From positions 26,462 to 90,461 of the IMG/VR virus record IMGVR_UViG_3300020406_000804: a DNA stretch of 64,000 nucleotides; one strand, 5' to 3'. Of the stretch, positions 40,218 through 49,900 are shown one piece after another; position 1 is the stretch's first letter; each line of letters starts with the position of its first letter. The notes beneath the pieces were generated by a model. The model had not been told where the DNA came from. It worked only from the letters and a program-made list of their open reading frames with translations, and made no database searches. The position numbers and the translations under genes were made by a program. The DNA is from a virus.

Positions 40218-41654
40218 ATGAGTCAAATTTCTTATAAATCGCTAACACAAGATGACATAGACATTTCAAGAACCATATTGCATGAATCAGTGCCAATTAC
40301 TGGAACTTTATTGTCAGGAACATACGCTACATCGTCTACATCAGGAAGAGAATTAAATATTAAAACATACACGCACGGTATGTTTCAATCTATTTACGAC
40401 TACCCTCACTTATCTTCCTCTTCAAACCATTTGCTGGATGTCACAGTGGGCCTTTCGACTACACCCACCGCGTCACTTTCCGCATCCAACGTAAACCAGG
40501 TTTCAAAAAAAGTGAACATCTATAACCAAATGGCTCAAGTGCTAGCTGGATACACAACTGCTAGCACTATCAGAAGATTTGACAATGACGGAAACTTGAC
40601 TGATGGAGTTGGAAAAATAGATAATGCAATATTTTTAAATTTTTCTAGGCTATTAACAAAAGATGAAATTAAAAAGGGATCTTTCTCCATGGTCATCGGC
40701 GCTGGCAGCGCGTATGCTAGCCCGTATGGGTCAACAATAACAGTCTCAGACTCTACTGCAACAACAAATTTCAGAACAAACTCTCCGGCTGGTGAGTATG
40801 GCTTTCTAAAGAATACAGCTGCAGCAGCATCTGTAAATATTGTTTTCACAGGTGCACCGAGTACTGGTAACGCAATAACAATTCGTGCAATTAAAGAAGA
40901 TGCAACATTCGCATCCGCGTCCTTTTCAGCGCATGGCTCAAACAACACTGGTCTAAACTTTGACAAAAGCGGCACCACAGCTGCTACAGTTGCAAATTTA
41001 AAAGCTGCAATCGAGCGAAATACTGATATCAAAGATCTTGTCACAGTCAGCGCTGTGCAGTCAGGTACAACAATAACGGTGACACAGGTAAACAAAGGTG
41101 CTGGAGGCAACACTACGGTTACGAGCAACTTGGCCAACGTTTCAGTTGGCGGAGCGACAGCAGGACAAAGTGGCGTTTTTATCGGTGGAGTTTCTAATAT
41201 CACAACAGGCTTGATCTATTACCAAGCTGGTATTGCCGTTCTCACTTCCTCTGTTTTCGGAGACTCTACTCAAATAATGAACAATGCGTCATCATCTCAC
41301 GATGATGTTCTGACAAATGCTACTATCGATGACTTTGCAGACGGTCTTCGGAGAAGAGTGCAAAATGTAACTTTTAACAACACAACAGAATTAAATTCAT
41401 CGATTTATTTTTGCAGGCTAAAAGCAAATGAATTTAATTATAGTTCAAATCCAACTTATTTGTCAGAAAGTAAAATTGTGGTGAAGACAAATCCTGGAGT
41501 TGTGAATGAATACTTGACTCCTCCAATTTCATATGTGACAACTGTTGGTCTATATTCTGCTAACAATGAATTGCTAGCAGTTTCAAAATTGTCTGAACCT
41601 TTAAAGAAGACCCCAACGAATGAACTGACACTGAGGGTCAGACTGGATTACTGA
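40218..41654 (+). CDS. virion structural protein (tail-associated)
   Basis: C-terminal FNYSSNPTY...YVTTVGLYSANNELLAVSKLSEPLKK...VRLDY is shared with the next ORF and resembles tail-fibre attachment domains; carries the shared inserted module. Confidence 0.7.
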   Translation: MSQISYKSLTQDDIDISRTILHESVPITGTLLSGTYATSSTSGRELNIKTYTHGMFQSIYDYPHLSSSSNHLLDVTVGLSTTPTASLSASNVNQVSKKVNIYNQMAQVLAGYTTASTIRRFDNDGNLTDGVGKIDNAIFLNFSRLLTKDEIKKGSFSMVIGAGSAYASPYGSTITVSDSTATTNFRTNSPAGEYGFLKNTAAAASVNIVFTGAPSTGNAITIRAIKEDATFASASFSAHGSNNTGLNFDKSGTTAATVANLKAAIERNTDIKDLVTVSAVQSGTTITVTQVNKGAGGNTTVTSNLANVSVGGATAGQSGVFIGGVSNITTGLIYYQAGIAVLTSSVFGDSTQIMNNASSSHDDVLTNATIDDFADGLRRRVQNVTFNNTTELNSSIYFCRLKANEFNYSSNPTYLSESKIVVKTNPGVVNEYLTPPISYVTTVGLYSANNELLAVSKLSEPLKKTPTNELTLRVRLDY

Positions 41655-41656
41655 AA

Positions 41657-44600
41657 ATGGGTTTCAAAAAATTTGATTCTAAAGATTTGATTTACAATCA
41701 AATTATAACAAACCCTAAATTTAAATTTTTAATCCACACCGGTAGTGTATACTTACAAAACGAAAAATCTAAAGACGGAGATTTTTCTAATAAAATAAAG
41801 CATGTATCCCAAGGTCATGTAAATTTGCATGAGCTTAATATTAATAGACCAAGTGACAAGATAATATTTCCTTTTGTCCATAAGTCTAGTGAGCGCTTGG
41901 CGTTTAACGGCAGCTCTATAACTTCAATTAGTGATTTTGATAATACTGAAATTTCTGAACTTGGGGACCAGATAGCGGGTTCTTACCCCATGTCTGCTTC
42001 TGTAAGCAGGATTTTCATTCCAGCCGGATTTGAAATAAACGAATACGACGCTACTGGCCAAATCGCAAATCAAGCCCATGCTAACAAAAAATATATAAGA
42101 TCTTTAAGAAATGTGATAGAAACCCAAGCACATATAGGATATAATAATAAATACAATTCTCTGGGTACAGAGAAGGTCAATATGGTCTGCGTTCCAGGAA
42201 TTTTTTATGGCTCAAAAATAAATAGAGGCAGCGTAAAATTAAGCACTTATGTAACCGGTACTCTTGTAGCCACTGCTACCGATCAATATCAAGACGGCCG
42301 CTTGATAGAAACTTATAATATAACAAACGTATCAACAGTAACTGAAGAGACCAGTCAAGAGGTGGAAGTTTTAGATTCAGTAGATTTTACCAACGCTACT
42401 GGATCTGTTTCCTCGTCAGGTTCGCCCACGCAATATCGATATGATAATATAATTTTTGCCTCACAATCTGCAGTGACAAGTTTTTCAGATAGATTATTTA
42501 CGCATCCGAAACTCGGCCGCGCCGATGGAAATAATACGCTTCGAGAAGGTACTTTTGGCGGCGCCGCAGTGGTTAGCGGCAATATCATGGCTATAACACA
42601 CAAGGGAAATCTTACCAACACCCCCCAAGATCTTTATAGGGGTAATCAAGGCATATTCTTTTTTAAAAGTGGTTCTTCTGGTTGGCAATTTTCAAATTCC
42701 ATATTTCCCGACGCATCTATCTACCCCAAAACTCGACGAAGTGATAGTGAAGTTTCTAGCTATATGGTCGGCAAGTCTTTTGACTTTGAAGGCGACCTTG
42801 CGGTTCTCGGCGGCTTAGTTGATGGAGGCATGGGCGGAGAACATGATAATGATAAACTTTATATATATAGAACCGGAGCAGCTGGCTGGAACCTCGAAGC
42901 AACGCTGACAACAGCTTCTTTCGTGCCGGCTCAATGGCAATACGACGGTGATAATCCAATGAACAACTATTATCAACGCGACAATACACATGGCATCTTT
43001 AGTAGTTGTAAAATTTATAACAATAGGATTGTTGTGGGTGGTTTTGATTTTGTAAAACGCCGCGTAGGCGGTGGAGATTCGTTTGCCGGAGTAGCCACAT
43101 TTACCAGTTCTTCTGATGCCGGCTGGGCTTTTGAACAATTTTTAACCTCCAGTCACACTCACAGCGCCAATACAAACGTTGATGACGATCACCGCAAAGG
43201 AATCGGCACCAATGGCGCCGGCGGAAACCAAAACCTTGATATGCATGGCAATCGCATCATCGCTGGCGGCAGAGGTGGATATGACAATATCGTAAACATT
43301 GTTGACAATGGCAGAATTAGTGTGTGGCAATCTGGAAGTGAAGGTTGGGAAGAAGAGACTCAGATAGATTTATTTAGTGCAGGGTTGACCTCTTCAGTTC
43401 CTTTTGGAGAAGGCGCAAATGAGTATCATATCTCGAATCTTGACAATGGCTCAGGTCAGTGGTACGCGGGCACGCAAGAGTTCAAAATGTATACATTTTT
43501 TGGCTACTGGTCATGTGCAATTAGCGGTAGTTATATCGCAGCTTCAGCACTTGGCTATGGAAGTCCCAATAACAGATCATTTGTAAAAAATAGAATTTTT
43601 ATGTTTAGAAGCTCATCTGAATCAGGCTGGGACTTAGAAGCCAGTCTTAGATCCCCAAATCCATTTACTGGTGGTACCGGCTCTCGTGGGACTACTAGTT
43701 ATAAAGACAGTTTTGGATATAATTTAGCTTTCAACAACTCAGTCCCAGGTATGTTGGTTACGCGCGCACTCGATTACTCGCCCACTGCCAAGGATCCTTA
43801 CGATCCACATGGCCGCGTCCATATTTACAAATCCTCCTCGGCATCTGGATGGGCTCTTGCCCAAAATATTGATAACCCTTACCTTGGAACACCAGTAACT
43901 TCTAGAAATTTTTATAAAAAGTATGGCGAGCACCCCAACCCTCACGGTTCTCTTAGGCAAACAGATTCAATTGGATTTGACGGTACAAATATAGTTGTGC
44001 CCTTTAGCCAAATTATAGAGTCTGAAAATGATACTGGAACTACAGTAGAGCAATATCGATTCGGTGCGGTCCAGGTACTTCAAGGATCAGCATCCTACAG
44101 AACAGAAACGCAAACAACAGAGTCTACAAAAACAGTACATGTAGGCGACAATAAGCAAGTTGGTTTGGCAATTTATAACCAAGGTATTTTTATTTTAACA
44201 TCATCAGCCGGATTCGCAACGGGCAGCTTAGAGAAATATGAGTCTACTCTATTAACGACAAGCTCAGCTTGGGCAAACTTTGGTACAGGACTCCGGCAAG
44301 TTGGGGAACAGTTAAATCACGGCACCTGCCCAAATACTTCTTATACTATAGATTTTGAGGGCGTGAATAAAGTTCCAACACTAACTATGTATGCTTATTC
44401 TGAGATAGGAGAAAACAACTACTCTCACAACCCAACCTTTTTGACAGAATCCCGTATATCAAACACAAACTATAGTAAGGATTCATTTTTACAAAACTCA
44501 ATAGAAATAAAGAGCGTAAATAAATCAGAATACAGTGATTTTACCGAAGATCATAAAAATACGACTTACATTTCTAAGATTGGAATATATGACAAGTATA

Positions 44601-44689
44601 AAAATTTAATCGCCATTGCCTCTCTTGCAAATCCTGTCAAAAAGACTGAAAAGAGAGATTTTATGTTTAAAATAGGAATTGATTTTTAG
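41657..44689 (+). CDS. tail-associated protein with an inserted FG-GAP-like beta-propeller
   Basis: C-terminal NYSHNPTF...YISKIGIYDKYKNLIAIASLANPVKK...IGIDF is paralogous to ORF 40218; about 7 internal repeats of the type G-x-h-x-h-[FY]-x-S-x-S-x-GW. Confidence 0.7.
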   Translation: MGFKKFDSKDLIYNQIITNPKFKFLIHTGSVYLQNEKSKDGDFSNKIKHVSQGHVNLHELNINRPSDKIIFPFVHKSSERLAFNGSSITSISDFDNTEISELGDQIAGSYPMSASVSRIFIPAGFEINEYDATGQIANQAHANKKYIRSLRNVIETQAHIGYNNKYNSLGTEKVNMVCVPGIFYGSKINRGSVKLSTYVTGTLVATATDQYQDGRLIETYNITNVSTVTEETSQEVEVLDSVDFTNATGSVSSSGSPTQYRYDNIIFASQSAVTSFSDRLFTHPKLGRADGNNTLREGTFGGAAVVSGNIMAITHKGNLTNTPQDLYRGNQGIFFFKSGSSGWQFSNSIFPDASIYPKTRRSDSEVSSYMVGKSFDFEGDLAVLGGLVDGGMGGEHDNDKLYIYRTGAAGWNLEATLTTASFVPAQWQYDGDNPMNNYYQRDNTHGIFSSCKIYNNRIVVGGFDFVKRRVGGGDSFAGVATFTSSSDAGWAFEQFLTSSHTHSANTNVDDDHRKGIGTNGAGGNQNLDMHGNRIIAGGRGGYDNIVNIVDNGRISVWQSGSEGWEEETQIDLFSAGLTSSVPFGEGANEYHISNLDNGSGQWYAGTQEFKMYTFFGYWSCAISGSYIAASALGYGSPNNRSFVKNRIFMFRSSSESGWDLEASLRSPNPFTGGTGSRGTTSYKDSFGYNLAFNNSVPGMLVTRALDYSPTAKDPYDPHGRVHIYKSSSASGWALAQNIDNPYLGTPVTSRNFYKKYGEHPNPHGSLRQTDSIGFDGTNIVVPFSQIIESENDTGTTVEQYRFGAVQVLQGSASYRTETQTTESTKTVHVGDNKQVGLAIYNQGIFILTSSAGFATGSLEKYESTLLTTSSAWANFGTGLRQVGEQLNHGTCPNTSYTIDFEGVNKVPTLTMYAYSEIGENNYSHNPTFLTESRISNTNYSKDSFLQNSIEIKSVNKSEYSDFTEDHKNTTYISKIGIYDKYKNLIAIASLANPVKKTEKRDFMFKIGIDF

Positions 44690-44692
44690 CAA

Positions 44693-45294
44693 ATGATAAA
44701 TTTTAATAAAAAAAAAATAAGTTTTTAGCTAAAAAAATAACAACCTTAAGAGAAGAGCTAATTTCTGCAAAAGAAATATTGCAATCGGCCTCAACACAAA
44801 TAAACGAATTATATAAACAGCAAAAAATACAAGATACTAAACAAGTAGATCAAGAAAGCTCAGGCCTGGCCTCTCCGAATGATGCGGCCACACTAAGACA
44901 TCCTGATGTGCCTAAAAGTCACGATAAGGTAGGCACTGCTGAGGGGAGAAAACTTTTTAAGAAAATAGCAACCAAAATCCATCCAGATAAGCTTCATCAC
45001 AAACAGGATGATCACCAAAAACAAAAAGAATTAGAAATGTATTCTGCCGCCTCTAGTGCATTAGAAAATAATGATTTGGTAATATTGTTCGAAATTGCAA
45101 ATGATCTGGGCTTAAAATTTGAAATGACAGAAGATGTAATTAAACAAACAGAAGAAAAAATAAAAAATATAAAAAAAGAAATAGAAGATATCGAAAAAAC
45201 ATTTGCATGGAAATGGTTTTTCAGCGATAATGAATTAACAAGACAAAGAATTTTAAATAAATTGTTTAGGATATTAGATGAACAAAAAAAATGA
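44693..45294 (+). CDS. J-domain (DnaJ-like) protein; 5' end interrupted at an A10 run
   Basis: LFKKIATKIHPDKL has the HPD motif. The ATG at 44693 is one frame off the main ORF (44710 onward) across A10 at 44708-44717. Confidence 0.7.
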
Positions 45295-45829
45295 GATAGT
45301 ATTAGGCTTAGATATATCAACATCAATTACAGGCGCGACACTAATGAGTAACGGGGAAATAATTGAAACCTTATACTGGGATACCAGGAACAAAAGATTA
45401 TTTCCATCACTTTATGAAAAAGCAGCCTTTATAAGAAGAAATTTTATATATTTGGAAGAAAAATATAAAATTGATTCAATCTTTATAGAACAATCCTTGC
45501 AGTCGTTTAGGAGTGGTTTTTCCTCTGCTAAGACACTTTCAACGTTATCAAGATTCAACGGAATGGTCTCTTTGTTAAGTTATCAAATGTTTAACAAAAA
45601 GCCAGAAATGGTAGCGGCGAGTACTGCTCGCAAGCTCGCAGGGATTGAAATAAAAAGGGGCGAAAATGCAAAAGAGAAAGTTTTAAAACATGTTGTTGAC
45701 AAACACCCGCAAATCGTGATAGAGTATACAAAACATGGAAATCCAAAACCTGGAATGTATGATATGTGTGACAGTATAATTATCGCACATGCGGGAGAAA
45801 AAATTGTCAGAGAAGCTCAATCTGCTTAA
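45278..45829 (+). CDS. RuvC-like Holliday junction resolvase
   Basis: VLGLDISTSITG (first Asp), IFIEQ (Glu) and YDMCDSIIIA (DxxD). Confidence 0.85.
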   Translation: MNKKNEIVLGLDISTSITGATLMSNGEIIETLYWDTRNKRLFPSLYEKAAFIRRNFIYLEEKYKIDSIFIEQSLQSFRSGFSSAKTLSTLSRFNGMVSLLSYQMFNKKPEMVAASTARKLAGIEIKRGENAKEKVLKHVVDKHPQIVIEYTKHGNPKPGMYDMCDSIIIAHAGEKIVREAQSA

Positions 45830-46727
45830 AAACGCGCTAGGTAAATGTTGGCACAATGGTCCGGAACATTTATTTCGGTGCCCAAGATGCAATCATCATA
45901 AACTAAAACTATCAGTAAATATCGAAAAAAACGCTTTTAAGTGTTGGATTTGTGATTACTCAGGGACAAAGATATCGAGCTTGATCCGTAGTCATGCTCC
46001 TTCTTATTTTCCTGAATGGACCCAGCTTGATGGTGAAGTTGATATTTCTAAATATGATTTTATTTTTGAGGAAAAACAAATAGAGTTAACTCAGACGCAG
46101 GTTATTCCCCTACCAGAAAATTTTCAAACTTTAACGGGAGAAAAGGCTCCTGTTAAGAAAAAACCATTGAAATATCTTTATTCAAGGGGTTTTACAGATA
46201 GAGACATCCTACTTTGGAAAATAGGATTTTGCAACTATGGAGAATACCAAAATAGAATCATAGTGCCTAGTTTTTCTAAGCGCGGCGAGGTAAATTTTTT
46301 TATTGCAAGAACGTATACAGAAGAATGGATGAAATATAAGAACCCTAAAGTTAGTAAAGATATTATATTCAATGACTTAAATATTGACTGGGACGAGGAC
46401 ATAATTTTAGTCGAAGGTGTTTTTGACGCTATGAAGTGTATGAACGGAATACCTATGCTTGGCTCAAGTCTTAGAGAAAATTCAAAATTATTTCAGAAAA
46501 TATGCAGAGAAAAGCCAAATGTGTATTTGGCTCTTGATGCCGATGCAAAGTCAAAAGAATTTAAGATAGCAAAAAAGCTAGCAGAATATGGAATTAAAGT
46601 TATGTCTATTGATGTTAGCGGTTATCTAGACATTGGGGAGATGCCACAAGAGGTGGTAGAGCAGAGAAAAAGAAATGCGGATATTGTATCCGATTTAGAC
46701 TATTTACATTATAAACTTGATTTTTGA
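45789..46727 (+). CDS. DNA primase (Zn-finger plus TOPRIM)
   Basis: CPRCNHHK...FKCWIC zinc finger, KYKNP, LVEGVFDAM and LALDADA TOPRIM motifs. Confidence 0.9.
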   Translation: MREKKLSEKLNLLKNALGKCWHNGPEHLFRCPRCNHHKLKLSVNIEKNAFKCWICDYSGTKISSLIRSHAPSYFPEWTQLDGEVDISKYDFIFEEKQIELTQTQVIPLPENFQTLTGEKAPVKKKPLKYLYSRGFTDRDILLWKIGFCNYGEYQNRIIVPSFSKRGEVNFFIARTYTEEWMKYKNPKVSKDIIFNDLNIDWDEDIILVEGVFDAMKCMNGIPMLGSSLRENSKLFQKICREKPNVYLALDADAKSKEFKIAKKLAEYGIKVMSIDVSGYLDIGEMPQEVVEQRKRNADIVSDLDYLHYKLDF

Positions 46728-46737
46728 GGATTAAAAC

Positions 46738-46908
46738 ATGGAACTTACAAAAAGAAGACTAAAAGAAATAATCGCAGAAGAGATGAGCCACTTAGCAGAA
46801 ACAGGTGACCTCAACATGATCACCGAAGCAGAAAAGAAGGCTTTCGCAATCATCCTCGAAAAGCTTACACCAAATCAACTAAAAGACTTAGGGCTCAAAA
46901 AAATTTAG
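46738..46908 (+). CDS. small protein (56 aa, not in ORF track), possible head-internal protein
   Basis: GAGGA SD, then MELTKRRLKEIIAEEMSHLAETGDLNMITEAEKKAFAIILEKLTPNQLKDLGLKKI*. A CTATTTAC motif lies at 46700. Confidence 0.7.
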   Translation: MELTKRRLKEIIAEEMSHLAETGDLNMITEAEKKAFAIILEKLTPNQLKDLGLKKI

Positions 46909-46937
46909 TTGACACTCCCCGTTAACTTTGGTATAAT
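46909..46937 (+). promoter_or_regulatory. consensus sigma70-type promoter with extended -10
   Basis: TTGACA (46909-46914), a 17 nt spacer, and TATAAT (46932-46937) preceded by TGn; 30 nt upstream of the GGAG-led gene at 46968. Confidence 0.9.
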
Positions 46938-46967
46938 AAGTATACTATAACCATTTACGGAGAATAA

Positions 46968-49900
46968 ATGAGATTTGCTCATATCGCGGATACCCACATC
47001 CGGAATTTAAAATACCATTTTGAATACAAAGAAGTATTCAAACAACTTTACAAATCACTAAAAAAAGAAAACGTAGACTATATTATCCATTGCGGAGATA
47101 TAGCCCATACTAAAACACAGATATCACCAGAGTTTGTAGATTTGTGTCGTGATTTCTTTGAAAACTTAGCAGCCATTGCACCCACTTACATTATATTGGG
47201 CAATCACGATGGTAACCTGAGAAATGATTCTAGGCAAGATGCCTTGTCGCCAATTGTAAAAGCCATCAACTCGCCAAACCTTACTCTACTTAAAAGCGCG
47301 GGAGAGACAAAATTAAACGATCATTTTTGTTTAAATGTTCTTTCGGTGTTTGACGAAGAGAATTGGGTCGCCCCGACAAATCCAGAAGCAGTTAACATCG
47401 CCTTATATCACGGTGCAATTGACAGATCAAAGACAGATCAAAACTGGACCCTCGGCGGAGATCATAATGTTGAAATTTTTGATGAGTTTGACTTTGCCTT
47501 CTTGGGAGATATTCATAAAACTCAGCAGCTAGATAAGGAAGGCCGTATTTGGTATGCTGGTTCAACAGTTCAGCAAAATTTCGGAGAGTCGCTAGACAAG
47601 GGTTATTTACTTTGGGATATTGAAAATAAAAATAAATTTACCAACAGACTTATCACATTTGATAACCCAAAACCATTCGTCACCGTAAAATTAACAGAGA
47701 AAGGAAATCTTCCAAGAGCACCAATACGAATCGGCGCCAGAGTGAGAATAGTATCAGAATCAAACGTTTCTTTAGACAGGGTTAGAAAAGCAATCGAAGC
47801 AGTAAAATACAAGCACTCGCCAGAATCTGTGACTTATTTAAACAGGGCAGCAAATCAAAAAATAAACGTTTCCGCACCAGAAGGTTTAAAAAAGCAGGAT
47901 CTTAGAGATTTAAAAACTCAAGAAAAGTTGATGGCCGAATATTTGAACGAGTTTGAAGCAACAGACGAGGTCTTAGAAAGAGTTTATAGCCTGAACAAAA
48001 AATATAATAAACAAATAGAAGATAACGAAGAGGTGCTTAGAAACATAAATTGGTCTCTGCAGAGTCTAGAGTGGGATAACCTCTTTAATTATGGCGAAGG
48101 TAATTTTATTGATTTTACTAAGCTTGAGGGTATTGTAGGAATATTCGGAAAAAATTATTCTGGCAAATCTTCTATTGTTGACAGCCTACTATATACAATG
48201 TATAACTCAACTTCAAAATCAATCCGAAAAAATCTTAACATTATCAATCAAAATAGAGATTCTTGCTTGGGCCGAGCTAAAATTAAAGTAAACGGCCAGG
48301 ATTTTATCATTGAAAGAACATCTAAAAAGTATGTCAAAAGATTAAAGGGGGTAGAGACGCAGGAAGCCAGTACTGATTTGGAATTTTATAAAGAAGACCT
48401 ATCAGGAGAGGTCACTGGGTTGAACGGTACATCAAGACAAGATACGGACTACAATATACGAAAGAACTTTGGGACTGTTCAAGATTTTCTCATGACTTCC
48501 ATGGCGTCTCAACTGGATTCTCTTTCGTTTATTAACGAAGGATCAACAAAGAGAAAGGAATATTTAGCAAAATTTCTCGATTTACAAATTTTTGATAAAA
48601 AATTTAAAATGGCAAAAGAAGAGTCAGCAGCTACAAAAATAGCACTTAGAAAATTAGATGATGTTGATTTCGATGAACAGATAAAATCAATAAGCAAAGA
48701 TATCACAAAAAGTGAACTATCTATTGAATCCAACAAGGCGCAGTGTAAATCAATGAGAGCTGAGCTTCAAGAATTAAATTCTCAAGTAGTAGCCTTATCA
48801 GCAAAAATAGATTCAGTACCAGCGGAGATAATAGACCCAGTACTAACGCACCAAGAGATCTCTAGAAGAGAGAGGTTAATATTAAAAACCTCCGCGGATA
48901 AACTCAAGACAATTCAAGCCTTAGAAGAAAATCAGAAGAAGTTTGAAAAAATAAATGATTTCTTGAACACATTTAATGTAGATTCCTATAGAGTTAAAAA
49001 AGAAGAAATTGATCAAAAAAAGAAGAGTCTAGAAAGTTTATTATCTGAAATGAGTAGCCTTTCGGAAGAAAAGGTTAGAGGCACTAAAAAGCAAGACCTT
49101 TTGTCTGAAGTCCCGTGTGGCAACCAATATCCATCTTGTAAGTTTATTAGTGACGCGCATACTGCAGCTGCTCTAGTTCAGATTACTGAATCAAAAATGA
49201 ACGCCAATTCGTTAAAGATAAATAATTTAGGAAAAGAAATACATGAAAGCAACCCTTCTCAAGTTGAAGACCATTTAAGAAAACATGATCTCCTTCTCGA
49301 AAAAAAAGTAAATTTAGCAACATCCATTGCAACGGGTAAAATCAAGATTGAAAGATCTGAGGCCCTATTATATAGGGAACAAGTTGAGTTAGAAAATTTA
49401 AAAATTAAAAGCAAAGAGTATGATGAAAATAAGGATGCAATAGAGAATTTAAAGCAATTGCTTAGTGATTTGAGAAATCTTCAATCTCTTGAAAGAGAAA
49501 AGGAATCAGAAATAGAAAGCTGTGAGACAAGAGTCATGAAGCTACATCAAAAGCATGGGTCTTTAGAGCAAAAGCTCAAATCAGTAAACGCGCAATTAGA
49601 AGAAAAGCTTGAACTAGAACAGGACTTTGCCGCCTACCACCTACTTATGACATGTTGTCACCCAAATGGCGTCTCTTATGAAATTATTAAAAATAGACTG
49701 CCTTTTATAAACGAAGAAATAGCAAAAATATTAGCTAATATTGTAGAGTTTGAAGTTTTTATTACAAATAATGAAGATAAGCTAGACATTTTTATCAAGC
49801 ACCCAAGGCACGATCCGCGGCCATTAGAGATGGGATCTGGAGCAGAAAAGACTATTGCGAGCATGGCAATCAGGCTTGCATTTCTAACGGTGTCTAGTTT

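Noticed and set aside
40535-41203. 222 aa minus-strand ORF and the many other short antisense or alternate-frame ORFs in the track
   Set aside because: They lie wholly inside well-supported + strand genes and show no motifs or SDs. They are best explained as shadows of codon bias.
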